From the NCBI GenBank assembly GCA_963836075.1, contig CAWIIB010000009.1, positions 2,144,001 to 2,208,000 of the forward strand: a stretch of DNA of 64,000 nt, given 5' to 3'. Shown piece by piece: positions 41,058-53,453 of this stretch (the stretch's first letter is position 1; each line of letters starts with the position of its first letter). The position numbers and the translations under genes are program-made. The notes under the pieces were generated by a model. The model did no database searches and had not been told where the DNA came from. It worked only from the letters and a program-made list of their open reading frames with translations. This DNA is from an uncultured Acidobacteriota bacterium (GTDB lineage: Bacteria; Acidobacteriota; JAQAZP01).

Positions 41058-41759
41058 ATGACCCTTTTCCAAAGGAACCGACCGGCCGTCAGGACTTTTG
41101 CCGCCGGACTGGTGATCTGTGCCCTGGTCCTGTTCACGGCGGCCCCTGCTCTCATCGCCGACGAGGTTGAGGAACTGATCGGCAGCGCCGGGGCTGCATA
41201 CGGCAGCGGCAATATGAAAATGACGCTCGAGTTGCTGAGCCGGGCGATCACCGATATCCAGAACAAGCTCTCCCAGGCCCTGGCCGGTTTCCTCCCCGGA
41301 GAGGTGGAGGGGTGGGAGCGCAGTGAACCCGAGATGAGCGAGTTCACCTCGGAAACCGGCGGGCTGGTGGTTTTCGGCAACCTCTTTTCCGCCGGAGTGG
41401 AATACACCCGTAGCGAGGGGGAGGGGCGGGTGACGGTGAAACTGACCAACCAGCCGGAGCTCACCGCCATCGCCCGGGCCAACCTGCAGATGCTGGAGAA
41501 CCCCTTCTTCCGGGACAGGGCCGCCGAGGAAGCGGCGGAGACCGGAGAGGTGGTGGAGTCCTATACCCTCGAACCGCTGCGGGGGATGAAGCAGTGGCGT
41601 GAGACGGAGCAGGCCGGGGAGATCGCGCTCTTTGTGGGTGAGGCGCTGCTTCAGGCCCAGGGCACCGGCCTGGAGAGCTTTGCCGAACTGGAGGCGATCC
41701 TCGGCACCGCCGACCTTGACGGGCTGGCCGCCTTCGCCTCCGAGAACCGCACGCCATGA
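41058..41759 (+). CDS. Secreted hypothetical protein
   Basis: GGAG RBS, hydrophobic signal ending APALIA, acidic mature part; ATGA overlap with polA. Confidence 0.7.
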   Translation: MTLFQRNRPAVRTFAAGLVICALVLFTAAPALIADEVEELIGSAGAAYGSGNMKMTLELLSRAITDIQNKLSQALAGFLPGEVEGWERSEPEMSEFTSETGGLVVFGNLFSAGVEYTRSEGEGRVTVKLTNQPELTAIARANLQMLENPFFRDRAAEEAAETGEVVESYTLEPLRGMKQWRETEQAGEIALFVGEALLQAQGTGLESFAELEAILGTADLDGLAAFASENRTP

Positions 41760-44500
41760 GCGCCCGGGAGGCCGGCGAAGGCGGTCCGCGGCTCTTCCTG
41801 GTGGACGGTACCGCCGTGGCCTACCGTTCGTACTTCGCCTTCATCCGCAACCCGCTGGTCAACAGCAGGGGCGAGAACACCAGCGCGGTGTACGGCTTCC
41901 TGCTGTCGATGCTCGCCCTGATGGAGGAGCACCAGCCGGACTACCTGGCCGTGGTCTTCGACCCGCCACCGCCCACCTTCCGCCACCAGATGTTCCCCGA
42001 CTACAAGGCCACCCGGGAACGGATGCCCGACGACATGCGCAGCCAGCTGCCGCTGATCAACGAGCTGCTGGACGCCATGGGCGTCAGGCGCCTGATGGTC
42101 CGGGGCTTCGAGGCGGATGATGTCATCGGTACGCTGGCCGGCCAGGCCGCCGGCCGGGGCGGGATGGAGGTCTTCCTGGTCACCGGCGACAAGGATTTCA
42201 TGCAGCTGGTGGAACCCGGGGTGAGCATGCTCACTTTTGCCCGGCCCGGTGAGGACGCCGAGATCATCGATGCCGGCCGGGTGCAGGAGAAGATGGGTGT
42301 GCCTCCCGAGCGGGTGGTGGACTTCCTCGGTCTGGCCGGGGACAGCTCGGACAACGTGCCCGGCGTTCCCGGTGTGGGGCCCAAGACGGCACTGAAACTG
42401 CTGGCCGAGTACGGCACCATCGAGGGAATCCTGGCCGCCACCGGCTCGATGAAGAAAGGCAAGCTGAGGGAGCGGCTGGAGGAACATGCCGACCAGGCCC
42501 GCCTGTCCCGCCGGCTGGTCACCATCCGGCGGGACGTGCCGCTGGAGGGGGTCGGCCCGGAGGATCTGGCGCCGGCCGGCCCCGACGAGGGGAAGGTGCG
42601 CACGATCCTCACCCGGCTGGAGTTCAGCAGCATGATCGACCGGGTGATCCCGCGGACCGAAGAGGCCGGGGGGGACGGGGCGGAGAGGGACTACCGCTGT
42701 GTCCACACCGCCGGGGCCTTCCACGATTTACTGACCCTCTTCGATGGCTGCAGGGAGTTCGCGGTGGATCTGGAGACCACCAGCCTCGAGCCGATGTCCG
42801 CCGACATCGTCGGCCTCTCCTTCGCCTTCCGCGAGAACGAGGCCTTCTATCTCCCGCTGAACCTCACCCCGGAGGAGAGCGACCTGCCGCACCCGGACGC
42901 GCTGCTGGCCGCCCTCAAACCGCACCTGGAGAATCCGGCCATCGGCAAGGTGGGGCAGAACATCAAATACGACATGCTGGTGCTGGCCCGTCACGGCGTG
43001 GCGCTGCAGGGCCTGACCTTCGACACCATGATCGCCTCCTACCTGGTCAATCCCGGGCGGCGTTCCCACGGCCTCGACGTGCTCAGCCTGGAATTCCTGG
43101 GGCACCGCAACATCCCGATCAGCGAACTGATCGGCAAGGGCAAGAAGCAGATCAGCTTCGCCGAGGTGCCCATACCCCAGGCCGCGGAGTATGCCGCCGA
43201 GGATGCCGACATGACCCTGCGCCTCAAGACTGTTTTCGAGCCGCTGCTGGACGAGGGCGGGTTCGGCGAGCTGTTCCATGGCATGGAAATGCCGCTGGTG
43301 CCGGTCCTCGCGGCCATGGAGCGGGAGGGGGTGGCGGTGGACGAAGCGGCGCTGGGCGCGCTCTCGGAACAGATGACCACCAGCCTGGCCGGCCTGGAAC
43401 AGGAGATCCACGACCTGGCCGGCGAGGAGTTCAACATCAACTCACCCAAGCAGCTGGCCGTGATCCTCTTCGAGAAACTCAAGGTCCAGGAGGAACTGGG
43501 GATCAAGCGGATCAAGAAGACCAAGAGCGGCTTCTCCACCGACGTCACCGTGCTGCAGCAGCTCTCGGCCCACTTGCTGCCGCGGAAGCTGCTGGAGTTC
43601 CGCCACCTGGCAAAGCTGAAGAACACCTATGTCGATGTTCTGCCCACCCTGGTCAACAAAGAGACCGGCCGGATCCACACCTCGTTCAACCAGGCCGTGG
43701 CCGCCACCGGAAGGCTTTCCTCGAGCAACCCCAACCTGCAGAACATCCCGGTGCGCACCGGCACCGGCCGGGAGATCCGCAAAGCCTTCGTCCCCCGGCA
43801 ACAGGGGTGGAAGCTGCTTTCCGCCGACTACTCCCAGGTGGAGTTGCGCGTCCTGGCCCACCTCTCCCAGGACCAGGGGCTGCTCTCGGCCTTTGCCGAC
43901 GGTGACGACGTTCACGTGCGCACCGCGGCGGCGATGTTCGGCGTGGCGCCCGACGCGGTGACCCCGGGCCAGCGGGGCCAGGCCAAGACGATCAACTTCG
44001 GCGTGATCTACGGCATGGGGCCGGTGCGGCTCTCCCGCGAGTTCGGGGTGAGCATGGCCGAGGCCCGCTCCTTCATCGACGATTACTTCGCCACCTACCC
44101 CGGTGTCCGCGCCTGGCTCGACAGCAGCCTGGAGACGGCACAGGAAACCCTGGAGGTGTCCACCCTCTTCGGCCGCCGCCGCCCCCTGCCGGAGATCGAT
44201 TCCGGCGACCCGCGGGTCAGGGCCGCGGCGGAGAACATGGCGGTGAACACGCCGATCCAGGGCACCGCCGCCGACATCATCAAGCGGGCGATGCTGGCCG
44301 TGGCCGGTGAGCTGGCGTCAGGGGACCTGAAGTCGAAAATGATCATGCAGGTCCACGACGAGCTGGTTTTCGACGTCCACCCCGACGAGGTGGAGCTGCT
44401 CCGGAAGCTGGTCCCGAAGTGCATGTCCGGTGCGGCGGATCTCTCCGTGCCGCTGGTGGTGGATCTGGGGGTGGGTGACAACTGGCTGGAGGCTCACTGA
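41756..44500 (+). CDS. polA: DNA polymerase I
   Basis: 5'-3' exonuclease (FEADDVIG, GDSSDNVPG), 3'-5' exonuclease (DLET, GQNIKYD), polymerase (TGRLSS, SADYSQVELR, QVHDEL). Confidence 0.98.
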   Translation: MSAREAGEGGPRLFLVDGTAVAYRSYFAFIRNPLVNSRGENTSAVYGFLLSMLALMEEHQPDYLAVVFDPPPPTFRHQMFPDYKATRERMPDDMRSQLPLINELLDAMGVRRLMVRGFEADDVIGTLAGQAAGRGGMEVFLVTGDKDFMQLVEPGVSMLTFARPGEDAEIIDAGRVQEKMGVPPERVVDFLGLAGDSSDNVPGVPGVGPKTALKLLAEYGTIEGILAATGSMKKGKLRERLEEHADQARLSRRLVTIRRDVPLEGVGPEDLAPAGPDEGKVRTILTRLEFSSMIDRVIPRTEEAGGDGAERDYRCVHTAGAFHDLLTLFDGCREFAVDLETTSLEPMSADIVGLSFAFRENEAFYLPLNLTPEESDLPHPDALLAALKPHLENPAIGKVGQNIKYDMLVLARHGVALQGLTFDTMIASYLVNPGRRSHGLDVLSLEFLGHRNIPISELIGKGKKQISFAEVPIPQAAEYAAEDADMTLRLKTVFEPLLDEGGFGELFHGMEMPLVPVLAAMEREGVAVDEAALGALSEQMTTSLAGLEQEIHDLAGEEFNINSPKQLAVILFEKLKVQEELGIKRIKKTKSGFSTDVTVLQQLSAHLLPRKLLEFRHLAKLKNTYVDVLPTLVNKETGRIHTSFNQAVAATGRLSSSNPNLQNIPVRTGTGREIRKAFVPRQQGWKLLSADYSQVELRVLAHLSQDQGLLSAFADGDDVHVRTAAAMFGVAPDAVTPGQRGQAKTINFGVIYGMGPVRLSREFGVSMAEARSFIDDYFATYPGVRAWLDSSLETAQETLEVSTLFGRRRPLPEIDSGDPRVRAAAENMAVNTPIQGTAADIIKRAMLAVAGELASGDLKSKMIMQVHDELVFDVHPDEVELLRKLVPKCMSGAADLSVPLVVDLGVGDNWLEAH

Positions 44501-44865
44501 TGATACACGCTGTTTTCGCCGCCCTGTCCGCTCTGGTGGCCGTCGCTCTGGGCGCCTTTGGCGCCCACGTGTTGAAGGACCGCCTGACGGCCGACCTGCT
44601 GGCGATCTTCGAGACGGGTGTTCGCTACCAGTTCTACCACGCCTTCGGCCTGCTGGCGGCGGCCTGGGCCATCCATATTGGCGGCCAGGGCCTGGCCCGT
44701 GGCGCCGGGTACTGTTTTGTTGCCGGCACCCTGCTCTTCTCGGGCAGCCTCTACATCCTGGCGCTCAGCGGTGTCCGCTGGCTGGGAGCTGTTACTCCGC
44801 TCGGCGGGGTGGCGTTTCTGGCGGGGTGGGGGATGCTGGCGCTGCAGTTCTGGCGGCTGCGCTGA
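44500..44865 (+). CDS. DUF423 (YgdD-like) small membrane protein
   Basis: ALGAFGAH, FETGVRYQFYH, LFSGSLY, VTPLGG. Confidence 0.92.
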   Translation: MIHAVFAALSALVAVALGAFGAHVLKDRLTADLLAIFETGVRYQFYHAFGLLAAAWAIHIGGQGLARGAGYCFVAGTLLFSGSLYILALSGVRWLGAVTPLGGVAFLAGWGMLALQFWRLR

Positions 44866-44963
44866 GGAGGACGATCCGGCGATCCCCGCGTCCGAGCTTT
44901 CATGGACAATATACGCACTGTGCTGGCAGCCGTAACGTGCCGCAATTCAGCGGAGGTTGGCCC

Positions 44964-47474
44964 ATGTGTCTGATGCTCTCCAGTTGCCGGATGTTCTGCA
45001 CCGCAGTGCTCTTTTTCGCCGGAATCCCCCTCTCCGCCGACACCATCCATGTCCCGGCGGACCAGCCCACCATCCAGGCCGGTATCGACGCGGCCGGGGA
45101 CGGCGATACCGTGCTGGTGGCTGACGGCACCTGGACCGGCGCGGGGAACCGGGAGATCGATTTCGGCGGCAAGGCGATCTCCGTCATTTCGGAGAATGGC
45201 CCGGCGGCCTGCATCGTCGACTGCGGCGACGGTGGCCCGGGTTTCATTTTTGCCAGCGGCGAGACCCTGGAGTCGGTGCTGGAGGGGTTCACCGTCCGCG
45301 ACGGGTATGGCAATCCCGGCGGCGGGGCCATCCAGTGCTTCTCCAGTTCCCCCACCATCCGCAACAACGTCATGGTGGAAAACGTGGGGTATTACGCCGG
45401 TGGTGCCATGCATGTGGACGGTTCCGCCGCGCTGATCGAGGACAATCTTTTTTCCGGCAATTCCCTCATCGCCGCCGGTGGGGGCGCCGGGGGCGGTGGG
45501 CTCTACATCACTGGCGATCCCGCGCCCACCGTGACCGGCAACAGTTTCGAGGACAACGGGCCCAGTACGGGATGGGGCGGGGCCCTTCGTGTAGTTGGGG
45601 CGGCCCCCCTGGTGGAGGGCAACCGGTTCACCGGGAACGAGGCGGAAATGGGTGCTGCAGCGGCCTGGAGCAACGGCTCCCAGGGCCTGGTGCGGCGGAA
45701 CAATTTCATTGGCAACAGCGCGAGCTGGGGCGGCGGTGCGGTGCTGGTGGATGGAACCTCTCCACTATTCGAGGAGAACATCTTTGCCTTCAACAGTGCC
45801 GTGAGCCGGGGTGGCGCCCTGGTGATTGATGACGGGTCCGCGGCCCTTGCCCGCAATACCTTTTCCGGCAACCAGGCTCTCTCCGGCGGCGCCATCCACC
45901 TCATCAGGTCATCGGTACAGATGCGCGGGGACCGTCTGCAGGACAATTCAACCTCTGGCCTGGGCGGCGGAATCCTGGCCTTCGAATCGGTGCTGCTGGT
46001 GGAGAATGCGCTGCTGGAGGGGAACCTGGCGCTGAACGGGGCAGGCCTGCGCAGCCAGGATTCGGAGGTGGAGATCCGTGGCTGCACCATGGACGGTAAC
46101 AGTGCCTCAGGGCCCGGCGGGGCCATCTTCGGTTCCGGCGGGTCACTGGTGGTGACCGGTTCCATCCTCTGGGAAAACCTGCCCGGCGAAGTGCTGGCCG
46201 AGAACGGGCTGGTCCCGGCGGTCAGCTGGTCCGATATCAGAGGCGGGTTTCCGGGGACCGGAAACATCGACGTTGACCCGCTGTTCGCCACCGGGCCCGG
46301 CGACGAACACTACCTGAGCCACGTGGCTGCGGGGCAGGACGTGGACAGTCCCTGTATCGATGCCGGCGTTCCGGCGGGCGCGGTGCCCCCGGGCACCACC
46401 AGGACCGACCAGATCCCCGATGTGGGGATCGCCGACATGGGATATCACTATCCCGCCGCTGGCGTGGCCCGGCCGTTTCTGGTCACCGGCCCGGGACCGT
46501 CCCCGGACAACCCGCCCCTGGTGCGGGTCTTCCCGCCGGCCCAGGGCGCCGAGCCGCTGTTCGAATTTTCCGCATACGGGGCCCGGGGTTTCGGTGTCAA
46601 CGTGGCGGCCGGCGACCTGGACGGTGACGGGGTGGACGAACTGGTCACCGGCGCCGGGCCGGGGGAGATCTACGGCCCGCACGTGCGGGGGTTCTCCGTG
46701 GAGGGGGCACCGATTCCGGGCCTCGATTTTCTCGCCTACGGCACCCCGCGCTGGGGGGTCAACGTGGCGGTGGGCAACCTCGACGGCCTGGGGGGGGACG
46801 AGATCGTCGCCGGTGCCGGGCCGGGCGCGGTGTTCGGGCCCCACGTGCGCGCCTTCTCCTGGGACGGCAGCGGCACGACGCCGCTGCCCGGGGTGAACTT
46901 CTTCGCCTACGGCACCCCGCGCCACGGGGTGAACGTGGCGGCCGGGGACCTGGACGGTGACGGCATGGACGAGATCGTCACCGGTGCCGGCCCCGGAGCC
47001 CTGTTCGGGCCCCACGTGCGGGGCTGGAACGTGGACGGCCATACGGCCGCACCCCTCCCCGGCGTATCGTTCTTTGCTTACGGAACGCTGCGCTATGGCG
47101 TTCGAGTATCGTGTGGTGACGTGGACGGCGACGGCCTGGACGAGATGGTCACCGCGCCGGGGCCGTCCCCGCTGTTCGGCGCCCATGTGCGCGGCTGGGA
47201 TACGGACGGCAGCACCGTGACGCCGCTGCCCGGCGTCTCCTTCTTCGCCTGGCCGCCGGGTGAAACACGATACGGGGCCAGCGTCTGGGCCCGGACCGAC
47301 CTCGACAGTGACGGCCGTGACGACCTGCTGCTGAGCCCCGGGCCGGACCCCGGAGTGGATTCGCCGGTCAGGGTCTTCACCTATGACGGCAGCGCTGTCT
47401 CGGAGTGGATCTCCCTGGAAGCCTGCCCCCCGGGCTGGACTCACGGAGCGAATGTGGCCGCCGGGGCTTTTTGA
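44964..47474 (+). CDS. Secreted right-handed beta-helix protein with C-terminal six-repeat FG-GAP-like module
   Basis: GGAGG RBS, signal peptide, VPADQPTIQAGIDAA, repeated N..(S)GGA beta-helix units, SPCIDAG, then six GPGP...AYG...GD.DGDG.DE repeats. Confidence 0.85.
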   Translation: MCLMLSSCRMFCTAVLFFAGIPLSADTIHVPADQPTIQAGIDAAGDGDTVLVADGTWTGAGNREIDFGGKAISVISENGPAACIVDCGDGGPGFIFASGETLESVLEGFTVRDGYGNPGGGAIQCFSSSPTIRNNVMVENVGYYAGGAMHVDGSAALIEDNLFSGNSLIAAGGGAGGGGLYITGDPAPTVTGNSFEDNGPSTGWGGALRVVGAAPLVEGNRFTGNEAEMGAAAAWSNGSQGLVRRNNFIGNSASWGGGAVLVDGTSPLFEENIFAFNSAVSRGGALVIDDGSAALARNTFSGNQALSGGAIHLIRSSVQMRGDRLQDNSTSGLGGGILAFESVLLVENALLEGNLALNGAGLRSQDSEVEIRGCTMDGNSASGPGGAIFGSGGSLVVTGSILWENLPGEVLAENGLVPAVSWSDIRGGFPGTGNIDVDPLFATGPGDEHYLSHVAAGQDVDSPCIDAGVPAGAVPPGTTRTDQIPDVGIADMGYHYPAAGVARPFLVTGPGPSPDNPPLVRVFPPAQGAEPLFEFSAYGARGFGVNVAAGDLDGDGVDELVTGAGPGEIYGPHVRGFSVEGAPIPGLDFLAYGTPRWGVNVAVGNLDGLGGDEIVAGAGPGAVFGPHVRAFSWDGSGTTPLPGVNFFAYGTPRHGVNVAAGDLDGDGMDEIVTGAGPGALFGPHVRGWNVDGHTAAPLPGVSFFAYGTLRYGVRVSCGDVDGDGLDEMVTAPGPSPLFGAHVRGWDTDGSTVTPLPGVSFFAWPPGETRYGASVWARTDLDSDGRDDLLLSPGPDPGVDSPVRVFTYDGSAVSEWISLEACPPGWTHGANVAAGAF

Positions 47475-47499
47475 CGGACCGGGAGATGGCAGAGGCTTC

Positions 47500-49360
47500 C
47501 TACTGCACTCTGTAGACGACGAAGCGCTGATTCCGCTCCAACTCCTCCAGGTTCAGCCACTGCTCGAGAAACTGCAGCAGTGCCTGCTCCGCTTCCGGCT
47601 GGTAGTGCCCCCGGCTCACCGTGATCACCCCCACGCCAAACTCTTCCACCACCCGCTGCAGATCGGCCCCGGTCCGTGCGTCGTAGCCCGCCGTCCCCCC
47701 GGGATCGGTCAGCCGCATCAGCGAGGGGCGCCGGGTGAAGTATTCCACCCGGGCTTCGGTGAGCCGTGAAACGTGCCCGCCCACCTGGGGCAGGCCGTGG
47801 ATCGTCTGGTACCAGAGCTGCTCCGCGGTACTCCGTGCCGTGGCGGAAGTCGGCGCCGGAGATCCAGAGGGGCAGTTCCAGCACTGCCGAGCCGGCAAAG
47901 CGGCTGCGGAACTCCTCGCCGTGGTAGACGGCCGGCGGCTCGGGCAGCCGCTCCAGGGGAAGCGGGATACGCAGGTAGTCGAGGTAGACCAGCGCCGGCA
48001 GCAACTGAACCAGCAGGAGCGCCGCGGTCAGCGGGCGCTTCCCCGGCGTCCGGGACACACGGTCCCTGAAGTAGTCCAGCCAGCCGCGGCAGCTCAGGGC
48101 GCCGGCCAGGCCGATGCCGAGCATCATCGGCACGGCAAAGCGATAGACCCCCCGGACGGCGCCGAGCACCGGGACGGGGAAGAAGCGGTTGTAGAGGCCG
48201 GGGAAGGAGATACCGAAAATGGTGGGGTGTGGCCCCAGGGCCATCCAGGCGAAAAAGAGAGGCGGCGCCAGCCAGGCAAGGTAGTTCAGACCGCCACCGT
48301 AGCGCCGGGGCAGGAAGAACCCGGCCAGCAGGACCAGCCCGGCGGAGAAGCCGAAGATCGGTCCGAAACCGAGAAAACCGCCCAGCGAACGTTTCCACCG
48401 GCTGGCGGTTCCCCCATTTGCCGGTGGAGCCGGACGGCCGCCCTCGTCCCGCAACCAGGCCGACCAGGAGGCGGGGTGCCAGAACCGCTGGGTGGGGTGG
48501 GTGAGGAAGATCTGCTGCAGGCTGAGGGCCAGGCCTCGCGCCTCGCTGATCTCGAAACGGACCACCGCCCCCTCGCCCTGCTCCATGGCGCCCTTGATCA
48601 CCGGTGTGCCGAGGACGCCGAGCACCAGGAGCAGCAGACCCAGGCCGGCAAGATACTGCCGCCAGCGGTCCCGCAGACGGATTTCCGGCCACAGCGGTAT
48701 GAGAAGCAGTGCGCTCCAGTAGACGGTGAAGACCAGTTGCTGGTAGCCGGTGTAGAGGATCGCCGCCGCCCAGAGCCCGGCGGCCGCTCCGTCCAGCGGC
48801 CGGCCCCGCCGGAGCAGCCGGACGATGAAGAGCAGGTAGAGAGGTATCCACTGGTTGCTCACCAGGTTGAGGTGGCCCAGAAAGGTGCTGGTCCAGCGGG
48901 CGGGGCAAAAAGCGAAGATGACTCCGGCCAGCACGGCCGGCAGGCGGCTTGTGGCGCTGCCGAACAGTTCCCGGGCCAGCAGGTAGGTGAACCAGCCGGA
49001 GAGGGCGGTGGCGAGGATGGTCAGGGCGTTGAAGGAAAAGACCAGACCGCCCAGGGCCTGCAGCGGCAGGGAAAGCATCCCGCCCAGGGGGAAGAGCGTG
49101 TGGAAGACCAACCCGGCTCCCTGGGGGTGGAAGATGTGGGTGGTGTGGAACAGGTGGGCATCCGCCGAGGTCAGCGCCGTGCGCACCCACCAGAGGTCCC
49201 AGATGAAGATATACTTGTCCACCCGGCCCAGCAGCGTCCGGGAGACCATCTGCAGGGGGAGGGGGAAGAAGGCCGCCAGCGAGAGGATGAGGAAGAGGCA
49301 CGCCACTCCGGCTTCGGCTATGATCCACGGGCGGCCCCCGACTTGTGCTGTCTCTTTCAT
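47500..49360 (-). CDS. Multi-pass GT-C-like membrane protein interrupted by a +1 frameshift near 47830
   Basis: D..IFIWDLWW, IFHPQG, GHLNL, VRGVYRF, VLELP. The expected continuation YQTIHGLPQVGGHVSR lies in the +1 frame, ending at 47500. Confidence 0.7.
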
Positions 49361-49388
49361 GCCGCACGGATTATGGCACAGCCCACCC

Positions 49389-49423
49389 TGCCATTGCGAG
49401 GAGCGCAGCGACGAAGCCCTCTC
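49389..49423 (+). repeat. Degenerate CATTGCGAGGAGCG.AGCGACGAAGC (RPE/REP-like) element
   Basis: TGCCATTGCGAGGAGCGCAGCGACGAAGCCCTCTC translates as CHCEERSDEAL and resembles a widespread palindromic repeat family (recalled, not searched). Confidence 0.55.
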
Positions 49424-49437
49424 CCAGGCGGGGCTGA

Positions 49438-49466
49438 TTGACAGTCCCCGGCCCCGCTCCTACAAT
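49438..49466 (+). promoter_or_regulatory. Sigma70 promoter of the MsbA-like gene
   Basis: TTGACA-N17-TACAAT. Confidence 0.75.
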
Positions 49467-49525
49467 CTGCGGGACTCGAGTGCCGTCAACAGGTGAAGAC
49501 TCCCGAGGGGGAAGAGGAGAAAGAC

Positions 49526-51397
<1,872 letters not shown>

Positions 51398-51415
51398 TTG
51401 CGGACGATTAGACGA

Positions 51416-52037
51416 TTACCAGATAAACGCCTTGCCGAAGAGCACGGCCAGACCGGCAAAAAAGAAGAGGTGCATGATCCACTCGCGGTTGGTGGTGAGC
51501 ATGGTGTTCAGCGAGAAGGTCTTGCCCGCCGATTTGGCGTAGGGGGAGAGCGAGGGGAAGAGCACCGGTACGCATCTTGTTGTACTCCACCCAGGCGTCA
51601 CCGTGGAAGACTTTGAGGCGGCGCCCTTCGCGGCGGGTTTTGCGCGGCATGTAGTAGGCGAAGAAGGTGGCGAAGGCCACGATCAGAATGATCCAGTTGA
51701 GTTTCCCGGGGAGTCTGGCGATGATCAGGAACCCGGTGACCATCAGGATTCTGCCGAGGTAGAGCGGGTTCTGGGTGTGGGCATACGGCCCCGACGTGAT
51801 CAGTTCGGTGGTCTTGATCAGGTGGCCGTGGGCCCAGGTGTGGAACCACTCGCCGGCCAGCACGAAGGGCAGGCCGAGGATGAAGAGCAGCGGGGTCGGG
51901 TCGGCCCACCAGAGCACGGCGATGGCCACCGCGAAGGAGGCCCCGATCCGGAGGTAGCCGAGCAGCGGGCTGCGGTCGCCATACAACGGGCGGTCCCCGT
52001 CGGAATCGGGTGTTTCGGGTGCCTTGTGTTCAACCAT
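51416..52037 (-). CDS. ICMT/PEMT-family membrane methyltransferase interrupted by a +1 frameshift near 51574
   Basis: WAHGHL, LITSGPYAHTQNPLYLG, RREGRRL. The tail VPVLFPSLSPY...NREW is in the +1 frame. Confidence 0.75.
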
Positions 52038-52243
52038 ATCTCTGCTGTCCCCTTCGGAATGTGGGCATAAAACATGCCGGTGATCGCCCGGCCTCACATG
52101 CTACCCCTTTTAAATCAGTCTCACATATACAATAATCTGAACGGAATTTGAAGCCGTTCTGCCATTTCCACCGCTACTGATCACCCGCGAAGCCGCCTTC
52201 GCGGCCGGTGGCACAGCATCCCGGGGGCCAGGTGGACAGGGAA

Positions 52244-52954
52244 GTGAATCAGCCGGTTACGGACAAAGCCCTGGACGATGACGCCGGGGTCTGGCACGGC
52301 CTGGCCGGGAAGCGGGAGCGGCTGGACCGGCTGGATCGTGAGGTGCTGGTGCTCGGCCGCTGGTCCAAGGCCGATGTCTACCTGCTGGAGAGCGGCGGCA
52401 ACCGGGCGGTGTTCAAGGACTACAGCCGCAAGTCGCTGCTGGTGCGCTGGCTCGGTGCTTTCCAGCTGGCCCGGGAGGAGCGGGCCTACCGCAAGCTGGC
52501 CGGGCTGCCCGGCATCCCCGAAAGCTACGGTCAGCCGGATCGCTGGTCGATCCTGCTGGAGTTCATCGACAGCGAGCGGCTGAGCGCCCTGCACCACGAC
52601 GAGCAGTATGACATGGGCGCCCTGCTGGCCGAGTTGCAGGGAGTGATCGAGACCATGCATGCCGCCGGGTTCACCCACAACGACCTGCGCTGCCGGGAGA
52701 ACATCCTGGTCCGCAAGCGGGACCACCGGATATTCCTCATCGATTTCTCCGGGGTGCTCACCTTCCCCTCCGGCAGCCTGCGCCGCAAGCTCTTCTTCCG
52801 GCTGGCCCGCATGGTGGACCGGGGCGCCTGGCTGAAGTGGAAGTTTCTCCTGCTGCCCGAGGAGCTCACCGACGAGGAGCGAGAGCAGTTCCGGCGCAGC
52901 GAGCGGCTCCGGCGGCTCTGGTTCATCAACCGCCACAAGCCGAAACACATCTGA
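52244..52954 (+). CDS. RIO1/Kdo-kinase-like (LPS kinase-type) protein
   Basis: VFKDY, REERAY, HNDLRCRENIL catalytic loop, IDF. Start uncertain (52208 or 52244). Confidence 0.75.
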   Translation: MNQPVTDKALDDDAGVWHGLAGKRERLDRLDREVLVLGRWSKADVYLLESGGNRAVFKDYSRKSLLVRWLGAFQLAREERAYRKLAGLPGIPESYGQPDRWSILLEFIDSERLSALHHDEQYDMGALLAELQGVIETMHAAGFTHNDLRCRENILVRKRDHRIFLIDFSGVLTFPSGSLRRKLFFRLARMVDRGAWLKWKFLLLPEELTDEEREQFRRSERLRRLWFINRHKPKHI

Positions 52955-53398
52955 TCAGAGTTCGTCGGCCAGCCGGCGCACCGCTTCCCGGTCCGCTTCG
53001 GGCATACTGAAGCGGTGCAATTCGCTGCCCGTGACCCAGCGGATGCGGTAGCCGTCCGGCGGCGGCTCGTCCGCCGGCGCCGGACGGCACTCGAAGAGGT
53101 GCAGCGTGATGCCGAACCCCGGGTAGGCGTGATCCACCGAGATCAGCAGTCGGCCCACCCGGATGGCCAGTTCCAGCTCCTCGGCGATCTCCCGCTCCAG
53201 ACAGGCTTCGAGGCTTTCCCCGTCCTCCTGCTTGCCCCCGGGAAACTCCCAGAGCCCGCCATGGATCCCGCCGCTGGGCCGGCGGGCGATGAGGAACCGG
53301 CCGTCCTCGCGACGGATCATGGCCGCGGTGACCTGGAAATGCCGGTCGTTCTGATTGTGGCGGGGCGTTGGCATTCGTGGTATTTTCTCCGGATCCAT
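52955..53398 (-). CDS. MutT/NudG-like NUDIX (d)NTP pyrophosphohydrolase
   Basis: GLWEFPGGKQEDGESLEACLEREIAEEL, HAYP, PEAD. Confidence 0.88.
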   Translation of the reverse strand: MDPEKIPRMPTPRHNQNDRHFQVTAAMIRREDGRFLIARRPSGGIHGGLWEFPGGKQEDGESLEACLEREIAEELELAIRVGRLLISVDHAYPGFGITLHLFECRPAPADEPPPDGYRIRWVTGSELHRFSMPEADREAVRRLADEL

Positions 53399-53453
53399 CT
53401 TATGGCCGGACCGCTGCCGGCTGCAAGCCGGGACCGACCGGCGGGGGACCAGC

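Noticed and set aside
44430-44963. N-terminal extension of the 1014-aa ORF
   Set aside because: Overlaps polA and the DUF423 gene; RBS and signal peptide point to ATG 44964.
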